From: Dehalococcoidia bacterium
Lineage (GTDB): Bacteria > Chloroflexota > Dehalococcoidia > SpSt-223
Assembly (NCBI GenBank): GCA_026003895.1
Contig: BPIC01000003.1
Span: 49,022-113,021 of the forward strand
Length of the DNA: 64,000 nt
Direction: 5' to 3'
Position 1 is the first letter of the stretch. Each line of letters opens with the position of its first letter. The notes below the pieces were generated by a model. That model was not told the origin of the DNA. It made no database searches and was given only the letters and a program-made list of their open reading frames with translations. The translations under genes were made by a program, and so were the position numbers. Below, one piece after another: positions 39,505 through 50,082 of the stretch.

Positions 39505-40464
39505 CTACACCTTGCCGGCGGCGTCGAGCCGCTGCATCGCCGTCTCGTCCAGCGTCACGTCGAGTGCGCCGAGCAGCTCGCGCAACTGTTCGGTTGAGGT
39601 TGCCGAGACGATCGGCGCGGTGATACCGGGTCGGTGCAACAGCCACGCGATCGCCACTTGGGCGGGCGTCGCACCCGTCATCTGGGCGACGGCGTCGACC
39701 GCGTCGAGCACGGCGAAGCCGCGGTCATGGAGATAACGGCGTTGGATCCCGGCGGCGCGCGGCGTCGACGGCAGGTCTTGACCGCGGCGGTATTTGCCCG
39801 AAAGGAAGCCGCTCGCCAGTGAGGAATAGGGGATGACCCCGAGCTGCTGATCGAGACAGAGCGGCAGCAGCTCGCGCTCGAAGCCCTCGCGGTCGATCAG
39901 GTTGTAGAGCGGCTGGAGCGTCTCGAAGCGGACGTAGCCGTGCTTGTCGCTGACCCAGAGCGCCTTTGTCAGCCGCCACGCCAAATAGTTCGACGCACCG
40001 ATGTAGCGCACTTTGCCTTGCGAGACGAGGTCATCGAGGGCACGGAGCGTCTCCTCGAGGGGCGTCTCCGGCGAATCGTAGTGAATCTGGTAGAGGTCGA
40101 TGAAATCCGTCTGGAGCCGGCGCAAACTTGCTTCGACCGCCGCCATGATGTGATGGCGCGACGTACCGCTCTCGTTTGGCCCGGCGCCCATTTGACCGCC
40201 GACTTTCGTGGCAATGATCAGCTGGTCGCGATTGCCGCGCGCCTGCATCCAACGCCCGAGGATTGTCTCAGATTCGCCGCCCTTGTTCCCCGGGGCAAAG
40301 CGCGAATAGGTGTTGGCAGTGTCGATGAAGTTGCCGCCCGCTTCGACGTACGCATCCAGCACCTGAAACGAGGTTGGCTCGTCGGCGGTCCAGCCGAAGA
40401 CATTGCCGCCAAGACAGATCGGCGCGACTTTCAGGCCGGTCCGGCCCAGCTTGCGATAGTGCAC
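39505..40464 (-). CDS. Aldo/keto reductase
   Basis: GNFIDTANTY, IIATK, IDLYQIH and PYSSLASGFLSGKY motifs. GTG 40464 with GGAGGAGG SD. Confidence 0.95.
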   Translation of the reverse strand: MHYRKLGRTGLKVAPICLGGNVFGWTADEPTSFQVLDAYVEAGGNFIDTANTYSRFAPGNKGGESETILGRWMQARGNRDQLIIATKVGGQMGAGPNESGTSRHHIMAAVEASLRRLQTDFIDLYQIHYDSPETPLEETLRALDDLVSQGKVRYIGASNYLAWRLTKALWVSDKHGYVRFETLQPLYNLIDREGFERELLPLCLDQQLGVIPYSSLASGFLSGKYRRGQDLPSTPRAAGIQRRYLHDRGFAVLDAVDAVAQMTGATPAQVAIAWLLHRPGITAPIVSATSTEQLRELLGALDVTLDETAMQRLDAAGKV

Positions 40465-40621
40465 GACCCTCCTCCAACAGTTCGCTGACGGCAAGCGTAG
40501 CAAACCGGTCGAACCATTCACGCGATCACTGGCCCAAGCCCTGTGAGCAGCGCAGCGCATATCCTATGCTCGTCAGGTGCGGCCGCGCACCGGCATGAGG
40601 AGGTTGGAGACGGCCCGCTTG

Positions 40622-43600
40622 ATGTCGGCCCCGCGCCTCGTCGTCGGTTCGCCACCTGCGCTTGAAGCGGCTTTCGTTGCCGAAGCGCGGCGCGGACTGG
40701 CAACCATCCTGATTGGCCACCGCTTGCTCCGGCCCTACCTGCGGCGATTAATCGGCCGCCACGGTGGCTTTCTCGGCGGGACAATCGTCACCGCCGACGA
40801 GCTGGCTTGGCGTCTGCGCCCGAGGGCGCAGGCGGATCGCGAACCGATCGGCCGCCTTGTGCTCCGGGCGATCGTCGAGGATGCCGCCCTCGCCGGGCCC
40901 CTCGGCACCCCCGACGGCGCCGGGTACTTTGCGCCGGTCGCCTCGACACCCGGGTTCGTGGAAGCGTTGGCACGGCTAGCGAGCGAGCTGCGGCGGGCGG
41001 GAGTGACGCCGGAGGCACTGGCCCAGCCGGTCGACGGTGTCGCACCCGCCAAGCTGGTTCACCTCGCCGGAATGCTCGCCGCCATCCGCGAAAAGACCGC
41101 CGGCGCCCTACTTACCGACGATCTCTTCTTCCACGCCGACCCGAGTGCGCTGCCCGATGACCGGTTGCTCGTCTACGGCGTCTGGACGCTCGACACCGCC
41201 GAGCGCGCATTGCTCGATCGGCTGGTCAGCGCCGGCGTCGAGGTGGTGGTGTTCCTCCCCGACGCCCACGATCCGGCCTTCGCCACCGTGGTTGAATGGG
41301 TCACGATGTGGAGCCAGAGGCGAGCACCCCAACCCGTGCCCCTGCTCGCCGATCATCACGAAGCGGAGAACGACGGGGACAGCTATGCAACCGACGATCG
41401 GCGGTCCGCTCTCCGCCACCTGCAAGCGAGGCTGTTCCGACCACCGGAACTGGCGGTTGAGGATGACGGGTCGGTGGCGATCGTCTCCGCGCCGGACCCC
41501 GTGCGCGAGGTGCGCGAGGCGGCGCGCGCCTGCCTACGCTGGGCAGAAGAGGGGATCGCATTTCATCACATGGCGGTCGTCTACCGCACCGCCCAGCCGT
41601 ATCGGGCGCTCGTGGAAGAGGTGTTTGACGAGGCAGGAATTCCAGTCTATCTGCACGACGGGCGGCCGCTGACGCAGCATCCAAGCGGCCGGCAACTCCT
41701 CGCACTCCTCGACTTGCTCGGCACCGGGCTCAGCCGTGCGGCAGTGATGGCCTTTCTCGCTGAGGCAGCGCTGCCGGAGGATTCGGCGGCCGCCGTGGAG
41801 CCCGCGGCTTGGGACTCGCTGTCCAAGCGCGCCGGGATCGTCGCAGGGCGCGACGAATGGCGCCGGCGCCTCGCGATCCTCCACGACGAGATTGCCGCGC
41901 GGATGCCCGATCATCCCGACCTCGAACGGATCGACGCCCTCAGCGCCTGGATCGACGCGCTCGCCGACCGGCTCGAGCGTGTGCCCACGCGGGCCAGCTG
42001 GGCCGGCTATCTCGATCGGTTTGGGGAGTTGCTCTCACGCTACGTTCAGGGGGGAGATCGGCTCGCTCGGCGGCTGCGGCCGCTCGTGGACCTCGACGCT
42101 ATCACCGGTGAGGTGCCGCTCGCCCGCTTTCAGGCGACGGTGCGCGCCTTCGTCGCCACGCTCGATGCCCACGAAACGGGCGGCGGTGGCTTCGGTCGAG
42201 AGGGCGTCGCCGTGCTCGACATATTCTCAACACGTGGGCTGCGCTTCGACGCACTCGCGATTCTCGGGCTCGTTGAGCGACAATTCCCGGCCGCACCAGC
42301 GCAGGACGCCCTCTTGCTCGACCACGAGCGGGCCGCGTTGAACGCGGCGCATGGCTGGGCAATCCCCTTGCGCACCGCCGGGCTGAGCAGCGAGCCGGCA
42401 CAGTTCGCCGCGGCCGTGCGCGCTACCGGACGCCGGTTGCAGTTGTCGTTCCCGCGCACCGAGAGCGGAACCGCCCGCCCCGCGCTGCCATCGGTCTTCC
42501 TCCGAGCCGCCGCCGAAGCGCTCCTCGGCCGGTCCGTTTCCGCAACAGCGTTCGACCGGCTGGGCGCGTTCTACCGGCGCGTCCCAGCCAGCCGCTTTGG
42601 TGCTGAGACCCCCGACCTCGCGCTCGATGAGCAGGAGTATGACCGCTCGCTCCTCGAATGCAATCCCGCCCTGGCGGCCGCTCTTCCTTGGCCCACGTTC
42701 GCACGCGCCACCGCCGCATACCGCGCCCGGTGGACCGAGCGAACCCTGACTCCCTATGACGGAATCGTCACCGCCCCACCGGAGATCGTCCTCTCGCCGA
42801 CCAAGCTGGAAACCTACGCGACCTGCCCGTACCAGTTCTTCGCCCGTCACGTCATTCGCGCCTCTCGCGAGGAGGAGCCGGAGCTGGTTGACCGGATCAA
42901 CGCCCTCGACCGCGGCTCGCTGATCCATCGGGTGCTCGAGCGATTCTTCCGAGGAGGCGATCGCTCGCTCAAGGCGCTGTTCACGATCGCCGAACAAACG
43001 TTCAGCGAGTTCGCGGAGAGCGGTCGCACTGGCCGCCGGCTGCTCTGGGAGCTCGACCGTCGCCAGATCACCGAAGACCTGCACGATTGGTGGCGAACCT
43101 TCGGCTCACCGGACGAACTTGAGCCGACCTGGTTCGAAGTGCGGATTCCGCAAGGGGAATTCGTTCGCGAGGTCGCCGGCCGCCCCATTGAATTCACCGG
43201 TACGATCGATCGGATCGACTGTGCACCGGATGGGCGCTTCCGCGTCGTCGATTACAAGACTGGCAAGATCAGGGCGAAGGACAACGACCTCGCCGGCGGC
43301 CGGGCATTGCAGCTCCCCTTTTATATTGAGGCGGCAGCAAAGCTGATCGGTGCCCCGGTCGAGCGTGGCGAGGCGGTGTACGAATCGGTGACGCGTGTCG
43401 GCGGGTTCAAGCGCGTCAAGGTCGACCGCGGGCTCGACCGCGCCGCCTTCGAATCGCTGCTCGCCAAGCTCGTTCGCGCAATTCACGAGGGCGACTTTCA
43501 TCCCGTGCCCGGCGACGTCTGCACGCGTTGCCCAGTGCAGCCGATCTGCGGCCCACAGATCACCGAGATCATGAATCGCAAAGCCGAGGATCCACAGGTC

Positions 43601-43630
43601 CAACGCCTGCAGCGGCGGCAGAGACCGTGA
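40622..43630 (+). CDS. addB: AddB-like subunit with PD-(D/E)XK nuclease and Fe-S staple
   Basis: CPYQFF, RGSLIH, GTIDRID, VVDYKTG, QLPFY and C-terminal CTRCPVQPIC. Confidence 0.85.
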   Translation: MSAPRLVVGSPPALEAAFVAEARRGLATILIGHRLLRPYLRRLIGRHGGFLGGTIVTADELAWRLRPRAQADREPIGRLVLRAIVEDAALAGPLGTPDGAGYFAPVASTPGFVEALARLASELRRAGVTPEALAQPVDGVAPAKLVHLAGMLAAIREKTAGALLTDDLFFHADPSALPDDRLLVYGVWTLDTAERALLDRLVSAGVEVVVFLPDAHDPAFATVVEWVTMWSQRRAPQPVPLLADHHEAENDGDSYATDDRRSALRHLQARLFRPPELAVEDDGSVAIVSAPDPVREVREAARACLRWAEEGIAFHHMAVVYRTAQPYRALVEEVFDEAGIPVYLHDGRPLTQHPSGRQLLALLDLLGTGLSRAAVMAFLAEAALPEDSAAAVEPAAWDSLSKRAGIVAGRDEWRRRLAILHDEIAARMPDHPDLERIDALSAWIDALADRLERVPTRASWAGYLDRFGELLSRYVQGGDRLARRLRPLVDLDAITGEVPLARFQATVRAFVATLDAHETGGGGFGREGVAVLDIFSTRGLRFDALAILGLVERQFPAAPAQDALLLDHERAALNAAHGWAIPLRTAGLSSEPAQFAAAVRATGRRLQLSFPRTESGTARPALPSVFLRAAAEALLGRSVSATAFDRLGAFYRRVPASRFGAETPDLALDEQEYDRSLLECNPALAAALPWPTFARATAAYRARWTERTLTPYDGIVTAPPEIVLSPTKLETYATCPYQFFARHVIRASREEEPELVDRINALDRGSLIHRVLERFFRGGDRSLKALFTIAEQTFSEFAESGRTGRRLLWELDRRQITEDLHDWWRTFGSPDELEPTWFEVRIPQGEFVREVAGRPIEFTGTIDRIDCAPDGRFRVVDYKTGKIRAKDNDLAGGRALQLPFYIEAAAKLIGAPVERGEAVYESVTRVGGFKRVKVDRGLDRAAFESLLAKLVRAIHEGDFHPVPGDVCTRCPVQPICGPQITEIMNRKAEDPQVQRLQRRQRP

Positions 43631-46600
43631 ACGCGCCGATCGATGCCGCGGTCCGCGAGGAGATCCGCTCGCAGCTCGATATCAGCCTGTGCGTCGAGGC
43701 CGGCGCCGGCGTCGGAAAGACAACCGCGCTGGTGAGCCGGATCATCGAGCTGATCCGGAGCGGCCGCGCCACCGTGGACAGCCTCGCTGTCATCACGTTC
43801 ACCGAGAAGGCCGCCGCCGAACTGGCGAGCCGGGTACGAGAGGGGCTGGAAGCCGCGGCACGCTGCGCCTCGGCTGAGGAGGCCAGCCGGCTGACGGCCG
43901 CCATCGACGGGCTTGCCCGCGCCCGCATCGAGACGATCCACGCCTTTTGCCGCCATTTGCTGACCGAGCGGCCGGTCGAAGCAGGGCTCGACCCGGCATT
44001 CCGGGCGCTGAACGATCTCGAACAGCGGATCGCCTTCGACGCCGCCTACTCGGCCTGGGCGCGTGAGCGGCTCGATAGCGACGACCCCGTCCTGCGCCGT
44101 GCCTTCAATCGGGGGCTCGACAGCAGCCACCTTCGCAAGGTCGTCGAGGAAGTGCATCGCTTTCGGGCGCTCATGCCGTTCGAACGATACGACCCGGAGC
44201 CGGGGCGCCTGACCGACTTTCTCGATGCGCTTGCCGACGCCGTCAACGAGCTCGAGGAAATCGCTCCGGCCTGTGTCGCGCCCGATGACAAGGGGCTGGC
44301 CCAGATCACGGCAGCGCGCCGTCTGCTCGACGATTGCCGGCTCGCCGCTGGTGACGACGAACGAGTCGAACGCATCGTGCTGCGGACGCCAACGATCAAG
44401 GCGGAAGGCAACCAGAAAAACTGGAGAAGGGCCGATGCTTGCCGGCGCCAGAAGGAGATCTGCAAGGCGCTTGGCCAACGGCTCGACGCGCTGCGCAAGG
44501 CGCTGCGCTGCGAGGCGCTCTGCTCGCTGATTCCGCTCGCCGAATCCTTCGTGCGCGACTATGCCGAGCAACGACGGGCGCGCGGCGTCGCCGAGTTCGA
44601 CGACCTGCTCATCTGGGCGCGCGACGTTCTGCGCGACAATCCCGAAGTCCGCCGTTATTTTCAATCCCGCTTTTCGGCGGTGCTCGTCGACGAGTTTCAG
44701 GACACCGACGCCCTCCAAGTCGAGATTGTCCTGCTGCTGACCAGCCCGGACGAGACAGCGCGAGGCGAGCGGCGGCCAGCGCCGGGTGCCCTCTTCGTCG
44801 TCGGCGATCCAAAGCAGTCGATCTACCGCTTCCGCCGCGCCGACGTCGCAACCTACGTCCGCGTCCGCGACGAGGTGTTGGCGGAAGGGCGGCGCTGGAT
44901 CGTTCAAAACTTTCGCTCCGTGCCCGGCGTGGTCGCGTGGGTCAATCGGGTCTTCTCGACACTGCTCAACGAGGAGGGACAGGTCGGCTACACGGAGCTC
45001 TGCGCCTACCGCGAGGGCGGCGCATGGCCCGCAGTGGCGATCGTGCCGTTTGACGCTGCCGGAAAGACCGAGCAGCGCCGTGCCGCCGAGGCCGCCGCCA
45101 TCGCCGGAGCGATCCGCACCGTCCTTGCGGAAGGCTGGCCGGTCCACGACGAGGAGATCGGCGACTGGCGACCTGCACGCGCCGGCGACATTGTCGTCCT
45201 GTTGCCAACGCGGCGGGCGCTACCGGCGTTCGAGCGAGCGTTCGGCGCGGCCGGCCTCGCGTTTCGCCACGAAGGCGGCCGCGCCTTCTTCGACCGGCAA
45301 GAAGTGCACGAGCTGGTGGCGGTCCTGCGGGCGATCGATGACCCAACCGATGGGGTGTGGCTCGTCGCGGCACTGCGCTCAAGCGCCTTTGGCTGCTCGG
45401 ACGACGCGATCGCCCGCGCCGTCGCCGCCGGCTGGCCATTGGACTATCGCGCCCCGGTTCCCGACGACGTGCCTGAGGTTGCCGATGCCTGCCGCATCCT
45501 CCGCTCGCTTCACGCTTCGCGATCATCGCTCTCGCTCGTTCCGCTGCTGCGCGCTGTGCTCCGCGAGACGCGCCTCGTCGAGTTTGCCCAGACCACGCCG
45601 CACGGCGAGCAAGCGGCGGCGAACCTGCTGAAAGTACTGGACCAAGCGCGTGCCTTCGCCGAAAGCGGCAGCGCGGCGCTGCGTCCCTTTCTTCACTGGA
45701 TCGAGCAACAGACATCGGTGCGCGCCGATGAGTCCGACGCACCGGTCGCCGATCTCGGCGATGACGTGGTCCGGTTGTTGACCATCCATGCGGCGAAGGG
45801 GCTGGAATTTCCGATCGTCATCCTCTCTGGGCTGGCCGAAGAACGAGGAACGAGGAACCCGCCGGCCTTCGCCGAGATCGACTCCAAAACCGGGGCGCGC
45901 CGCCTGCATCTCCGTCTTGGCAACGACAAGGATGGGTACTACCAGACGCCCGGGTACGAGGCCGCGCTTGCCCGCGAAGGCCAGCAGGAGGAGGCCGAGT
46001 GGCGCCGCCTGCTCTATGTCGCGGCCACGCGGGCGCGCGACCGGCTGATCCTCCCGATCGGGCTCGTGGGCGACGAGCCACGGGCCGACAGGCTGGCGCC
46101 CTCAGTTTGGCCAAAGGAGACACCGCTCTTCCCCGATCAGGAGGTGCTCACGGTTGCGCCAATTGTCCCTGCTCACGAGTCCGCGAAGTCGCCTCCCGAG
46201 CCAGCAACGCTGGAAACCGTCCGCGCCAAGCGCGAGGAATGGCGGGCGCGCCGCAGGGCACTGCTCGCCCGAGCCAAGCAGACTCACCCGCTCATCGTTG
46301 TCGGAGCGGAGGGACCGCTCGCCCACGCCTTCCACACCGCGCTCGCCGAGTCGCTGCGCCACAGCGACGCCATGCTCCCGACGCTCGCCGCGCACGCGGC
46401 ACGCCAAGCGGATATCGAAGAACGCGCGAGCGAGGTGATCGAGCTGGTCGAGGTGTTCCGTGCCAGCGAAGCGTTCGCCCGCGCGAGATCCGCCACCGAC
46501 GCGCGCTGGAACGAGACGGTTGTCCTTCCGTTGGAAGAGGACCGGCTGGTCGAGGCCCGGCTGACGGCCTGGTACGGTGCGACGGTCGTCGTCGCGCTGA

Positions 46601-46746
46601 TCGAGCCGGTCGAGCAAGCGGCGCTCGAGAAATGGCGCAGCGCACTGCACACTGGTTTCGCGGCGGCAGGCCGGCCGTTGACCGACGTCGTCTTCGTCGC
46701 CTGCTTTTCGAACGGCAGAGACGACCCTAGGACGCGCCCCGCCTGA
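43627..46746 (+). CDS. addA: AddA-like UvrD/SF1 helicase subunit (nuclease motifs degenerate)
   Basis: AGAGVGKT, DEFQD, VGDPKQSIYRFR, TIHAAKGLEF and RRLLYVAATRA motifs. GTGA overlap with addB. Confidence 0.9.
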   Translation: MNAPIDAAVREEIRSQLDISLCVEAGAGVGKTTALVSRIIELIRSGRATVDSLAVITFTEKAAAELASRVREGLEAAARCASAEEASRLTAAIDGLARARIETIHAFCRHLLTERPVEAGLDPAFRALNDLEQRIAFDAAYSAWARERLDSDDPVLRRAFNRGLDSSHLRKVVEEVHRFRALMPFERYDPEPGRLTDFLDALADAVNELEEIAPACVAPDDKGLAQITAARRLLDDCRLAAGDDERVERIVLRTPTIKAEGNQKNWRRADACRRQKEICKALGQRLDALRKALRCEALCSLIPLAESFVRDYAEQRRARGVAEFDDLLIWARDVLRDNPEVRRYFQSRFSAVLVDEFQDTDALQVEIVLLLTSPDETARGERRPAPGALFVVGDPKQSIYRFRRADVATYVRVRDEVLAEGRRWIVQNFRSVPGVVAWVNRVFSTLLNEEGQVGYTELCAYREGGAWPAVAIVPFDAAGKTEQRRAAEAAAIAGAIRTVLAEGWPVHDEEIGDWRPARAGDIVVLLPTRRALPAFERAFGAAGLAFRHEGGRAFFDRQEVHELVAVLRAIDDPTDGVWLVAALRSSAFGCSDDAIARAVAAGWPLDYRAPVPDDVPEVADACRILRSLHASRSSLSLVPLLRAVLRETRLVEFAQTTPHGEQAAANLLKVLDQARAFAESGSAALRPFLHWIEQQTSVRADESDAPVADLGDDVVRLLTIHAAKGLEFPIVILSGLAEERGTRNPPAFAEIDSKTGARRLHLRLGNDKDGYYQTPGYEAALAREGQQEEAEWRRLLYVAATRARDRLILPIGLVGDEPRADRLAPSVWPKETPLFPDQEVLTVAPIVPAHESAKSPPEPATLETVRAKREEWRARRRALLARAKQTHPLIVVGAEGPLAHAFHTALAESLRHSDAMLPTLAAHAARQADIEERASEVIELVEVFRASEAFARARSATDARWNETVVLPLEEDRLVEARLTAWYGATVVVALIEPVEQAALEKWRSALHTGFAAAGRPLTDVVFVACFSNGRDDPRTRPA

Positions 46747-46849
46747 GCCTCCAGCCGGGCCAGCCCTGCACACAACGCGGCATTCGCAGCGGCAGCAGCA
46801 GGTACACTACCGACCGCACGCCGCAGGGGCGTCGCCCGAGGAGGAAAAG

Positions 46850-47383
46850 GTGGGCAGCAACGCAGCCGGGCCGCTGCTCGCAGTGGGTGGCCTGCTCTGG
46901 ATGCTCTGGCCGATTGTCAGCGTGCTCGGCCTGCCGCCCGCAACTGGCCGGGCGGTGTTGGCGCTCGTCGTCCTCGTGCTCCTCGCTGGCTTCGTGATGT
47001 ATGCCCGTGGCCAGAAGAGCAACCTCGCCGTCGGCGGTGCGCTGCTCGCGGTGGCGGGGCTGACGATCGTGCTTGCAGCCGCGACGGTGCAGTTTTGGCT
47101 GTTGCCGAATGAGGCGGCAAGCCCTGGCCTACGACGGGTTGTCGGTGCAGCCGATTTCGCCGGGCTGCTCGGGCTCTACCTCGGCGGGCTGCTGATCGGG
47201 CTCGACCTCCGGCGACGACCGGGCGCCCCAGCTCAGACAGCCGGCTTGCTCATGTTCGCCCTGCCAGCAGCGATCGTCCTGCTCGTCCTCGTCGCGCTCG
47301 CTGGGCTGCCGTTCGGCGACGCCTTTGCGACCCATTGGCCAATCGGCGCGGCGCTGCTGCTGCTCGGCCTCTCGCCTCGTTAG
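46850..47383 (+). CDS. Hypothetical integral membrane protein
   Basis: GAGGAGG SD, TACACT -10-like box near 46803, about 5-6 hydrophobic segments. Confidence 0.7.
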   Translation: MGSNAAGPLLAVGGLLWMLWPIVSVLGLPPATGRAVLALVVLVLLAGFVMYARGQKSNLAVGGALLAVAGLTIVLAAATVQFWLLPNEAASPGLRRVVGAADFAGLLGLYLGGLLIGLDLRRRPGAPAQTAGLLMFALPAAIVLLVLVALAGLPFGDAFATHWPIGAALLLLGLSPR

Positions 47384-48327
47384 CGGAAAATTGGGATCAC
47401 CTCGGTCGCGAATCGCTCGATGTTCTCTGCCTGCGCCGCCGGATCCGGTTCCCAGAAGTAGGTGATAAACCAACTCGCACCGAGGTCGAGATAGGGACTC
47501 ATCCGCTCGGCGACTTCCTCCGGCGTGCCGGCGATGGTGGTCGCCCGGAGATGGGGTTGCGCCCTGCGAGCGGCGATCATGCGGTCAAGCCGCTCGATCG
47601 CCCGATCATGACTGCTGTCGATAATTGCATACACATTGACAGCGCGCCGCAGGCTGTCCGGATCGCGGCCATTCGCCTCGCACAACCGATTAATGCGCTC
47701 AACCTTCTCGCGATAGACCTCGATCGCACCTCCCGCCGCGCCGAGCGACCAGATGTCGGCGTGCTTGGCGGCGACAGGAAGTCCGACCCGGTCGCCGAAC
47801 GCGCCGATCAGGATCAGCGGTGGCGAAGTCGGGCGCGGCTCGCAGATCGCCTCATCGATCTCGAAATAGCGGCCGGTGAACGACGGCGCATGTTCGGTCC
47901 ACATACGGCGCATCACTTGGGCTGCTTCGCCGACCATCCGCGCCCGGTCGGCGGGGGAGGCAACGGGCCAGCCATAGCGGCGGAACTCGCGCTCGCCGCC
48001 GCCCGCGCCAAGTCCGAGCACCAGCCAGCCACCGCTCATATCGCTGAGCGTGGCCGCCATCTTCGCCACCAGAGCCGGATTCCGCCACGGCACCGCCACG
48101 ACCAGCGTCCCGAGGCGGACCCGTTCCACCTCCCGCGCCAGCCCACTTAGCGTCGTGAAGCACTCGAGCCACTCGTCCGTGCCTACGACTTCCGGCAGCG
48201 CGACGTGGTCGTTCACCCAAATCGAGTCGTAGCCCTGCCGTTCAGCAAGCCGCGCATGCTCGAGGATGGCAGCGTAGCGTCCGAGGCCGGGGTCGAGCCG
48301 CGCCCCGAAATGGAGATCCCGAGTCAT
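47380..48327 (-). CDS. LLM-class (probably F420-dependent) oxidoreductase
   Basis: IWVNDH, WRNPALVAKMAATL..MSGG and HADIW motifs. Confidence 0.9.
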   Translation of the reverse strand: MTRDLHFGARLDPGLGRYAAILEHARLAERQGYDSIWVNDHVALPEVVGTDEWLECFTTLSGLAREVERVRLGTLVVAVPWRNPALVAKMAATLSDMSGGWLVLGLGAGGGEREFRRYGWPVASPADRARMVGEAAQVMRRMWTEHAPSFTGRYFEIDEAICEPRPTSPPLILIGAFGDRVGLPVAAKHADIWSLGAAGGAIEVYREKVERINRLCEANGRDPDSLRRAVNVYAIIDSSHDRAIERLDRMIAARRAQPHLRATTIAGTPEEVAERMSPYLDLGASWFITYFWEPDPAAQAENIERFATEVIPIFR

Positions 48328-48356
48328 CGCGGCCTCCCCAACCGACCGTATGGAGC

Positions 48357-48974
48357 CTACCGACGGCGGTCGCGAAGCACGGCGAGCACATCCTCGGGGG
48401 TCAGACCGCAAGCGGCGAGGAGCACGAGAGAGTGATACCACAAGTCAGCGACTTCGCCGGCGAGCGGAGCGGGGTCGCCATTCTTGGCAGCGATGATCAC
48501 CTCGGCCGCCTCTTCTCCAATCTTTTTGCCGATTTTGTCGATGCCTTGCTCGAATAGGTAGGTGGTGTAGCTCCCTGCGGGACGGGCCCGTCGGCGCTCT
48601 TCGATCACCGCGAACAGTTCCGCGAAGGGCGTGCCGGGGGTAACGGGCGGCAGCACGGTCTCGTCGTCGAGCCGGCGAGAGAAGCAACTTGGCTCGTTGG
48701 TGTGGCACGTCGGGCCAGCCGGGTCGGCGAGGACCAGCAGTACATCGTCGTCGCAGTCGCGCCGGATCTCGACGACGCGGAGCACGTTGCCGCTGGTTTC
48801 ACCCTTTTGCCAGAGCACGCCACGGCTGCGGCTCCAGAACCAGACAAGACCGCTCTCCCGGGTGCGGCGCAGCGCCTCTTCGTTCATCCAGCCGACCATC
48901 AGCACCGCGCCGCTGCCGGCGTGCTGGACAACCGCCGGGATCAAGCCATCGGCGTTGAAGCGAAGTTCGCTCAT
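48357..48974 (-). CDS. hisIE: Bifunctional phosphoribosyl-AMP cyclohydrolase / phosphoribosyl-ATP pyrophosphatase
   Basis: WQKGETSGN, DCDDD, GPTCHT..SCF and KIGEEAAEV motifs. Confidence 0.96.
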   Translation of the reverse strand: MSELRFNADGLIPAVVQHAGSGAVLMVGWMNEEALRRTRESGLVWFWSRSRGVLWQKGETSGNVLRVVEIRRDCDDDVLLVLADPAGPTCHTNEPSCFSRRLDDETVLPPVTPGTPFAELFAVIEERRRARPAGSYTTYLFEQGIDKIGKKIGEEAAEVIIAAKNGDPAPLAGEVADLWYHSLVLLAACGLTPEDVLAVLRDRRR

Positions 48975-49327
48975 GCGTCGTCCTCTTCGAGAAAGGCCGG
49001 GCTGCAATCGGTTTGGCGGTCGAAGGCGAGCGGCGAAAACGGCCGCCGCCCACCGAGCAGGCGGTCGATCTCGGCGCAGCGGGCCAGCAGCCGTTCCGCG
49101 TCGCGGTCGGCGAGGGCCTCCAGCCGGCGCAGGACGGCCACACCGTTTTCGAGACTGATCAGCGCGTCACGGGCGCGCGCGTCGTGGCCGGCGCGCAACC
49201 GGTCAGCGAGGTCGAGCGCGACGTCGACCGTCCGGCTCGCGACGCGCGCCAAGCCGCCACGCGCCGGCAAGACGACCATCGTTGCTACATCGGCCGCCAG
49301 ATCAAGCGCCAGTTCGAGGGCCGTCAT
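48971..49327 (-). CDS. Hypothetical helical protein inside the his operon
   Basis: ATGA start/stop overlaps with both hisF and hisIE; 118 aa. Confidence 0.7.
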   Translation of the reverse strand: MTALELALDLAADVATMVVLPARGGLARVASRTVDVALDLADRLRAGHDARARDALISLENGVAVLRRLEALADRDAERLLARCAEIDRLLGGRRPFSPLAFDRQTDCSPAFLEEDDA

Positions 49328-50082
49328 GTCAGCCGGACCGGAATGCCGTGGTCTGCGAGATCCCGCTTGACGTCGCAGATCCGCAGTTGGCCGAAGTGGA
49401 AGACGCTCGCCGCCAAGACGGCATCGGCCTTGCCCTCGATCACGGCCTGACGAAAGTGCTCAAGCGTTCCCGCGCCGCCGCTCGCCACCACCGGCACCGA
49501 GACAACCTCCGAAATCCAGCGGGTGATTCGCAGTTCGTAGCCGTTCTTCGCCCCGTCGGCATCGACACTGTTCAGAACGATCTCTCCCGCACCGAGCGCC
49601 ACGCCGCGCCGGGCCCATTCGACAGCGTCCATCCCGGTGCGCCGGCGGTTGCCGTGGGTAGTCACCTCGTAGAAGTCGCCATTCCACCACGCATCGATCG
49701 AAAGGACGATGCATTGAGAGCCAAAGCGATCTGCACCGCGCGCGAGCAGCGTCGGATCGGCCACCGCGCTTGAGTTGAGTGATACCTTGTCGGCGCCGGC
49801 GAGCAGCATCCGCCGCATATCGTCGGTCGTCCGGAGCCCGCCGCCGACGGTGAGCGGGATAAACACCTGATCGGCCGTCCGCTCGACGACGCTCAGCATG
49901 ATGCCGCGCTCTTCGGCGGAGGCGGTGATGTCGTAGAACACCAGTTCATCTGCGCCTTCGTCGTTGTAGAAGCGCGCCAGCTCCACGGGGTCGCCGGCGT
50001 CGCGGTTGTCGGCGAACCGGACTCCTTTCGTCACCCGGCCGGCATCAACATCAAGACAGGGAATGACCCGCACCGTCAGCAT
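49324..50082 (-). CDS. hisF: Imidazole glycerol phosphate synthase, cyclase subunit
   Basis: [25 protein letters not shown] and ASGGAG motifs. Confidence 0.97.
   Translation of the reverse strand: MLTVRVIPCLDVDAGRVTKGVRFADNRDAGDPVELARFYNDEGADELVFYDITASAEERGIMLSVVERTADQVFIPLTVGGGLRTTDDMRRMLLAGADKVSLNSSAVADPTLLARGADRFGSQCIVLSIDAWWNGDFYEVTTHGNRRRTGMDAVEWARRGVALGAGEIVLNSVDADGAKNGYELRITRWISEVVSVPVVASGGAGTLEHFRQAVIEGKADAVLAASVFHFGQLRICDVKRDLADHGIPVRLT

Noticed and set aside
43498-45147. 549-aa antisense ORF over addA
   Set aside because: Shadow ORF.
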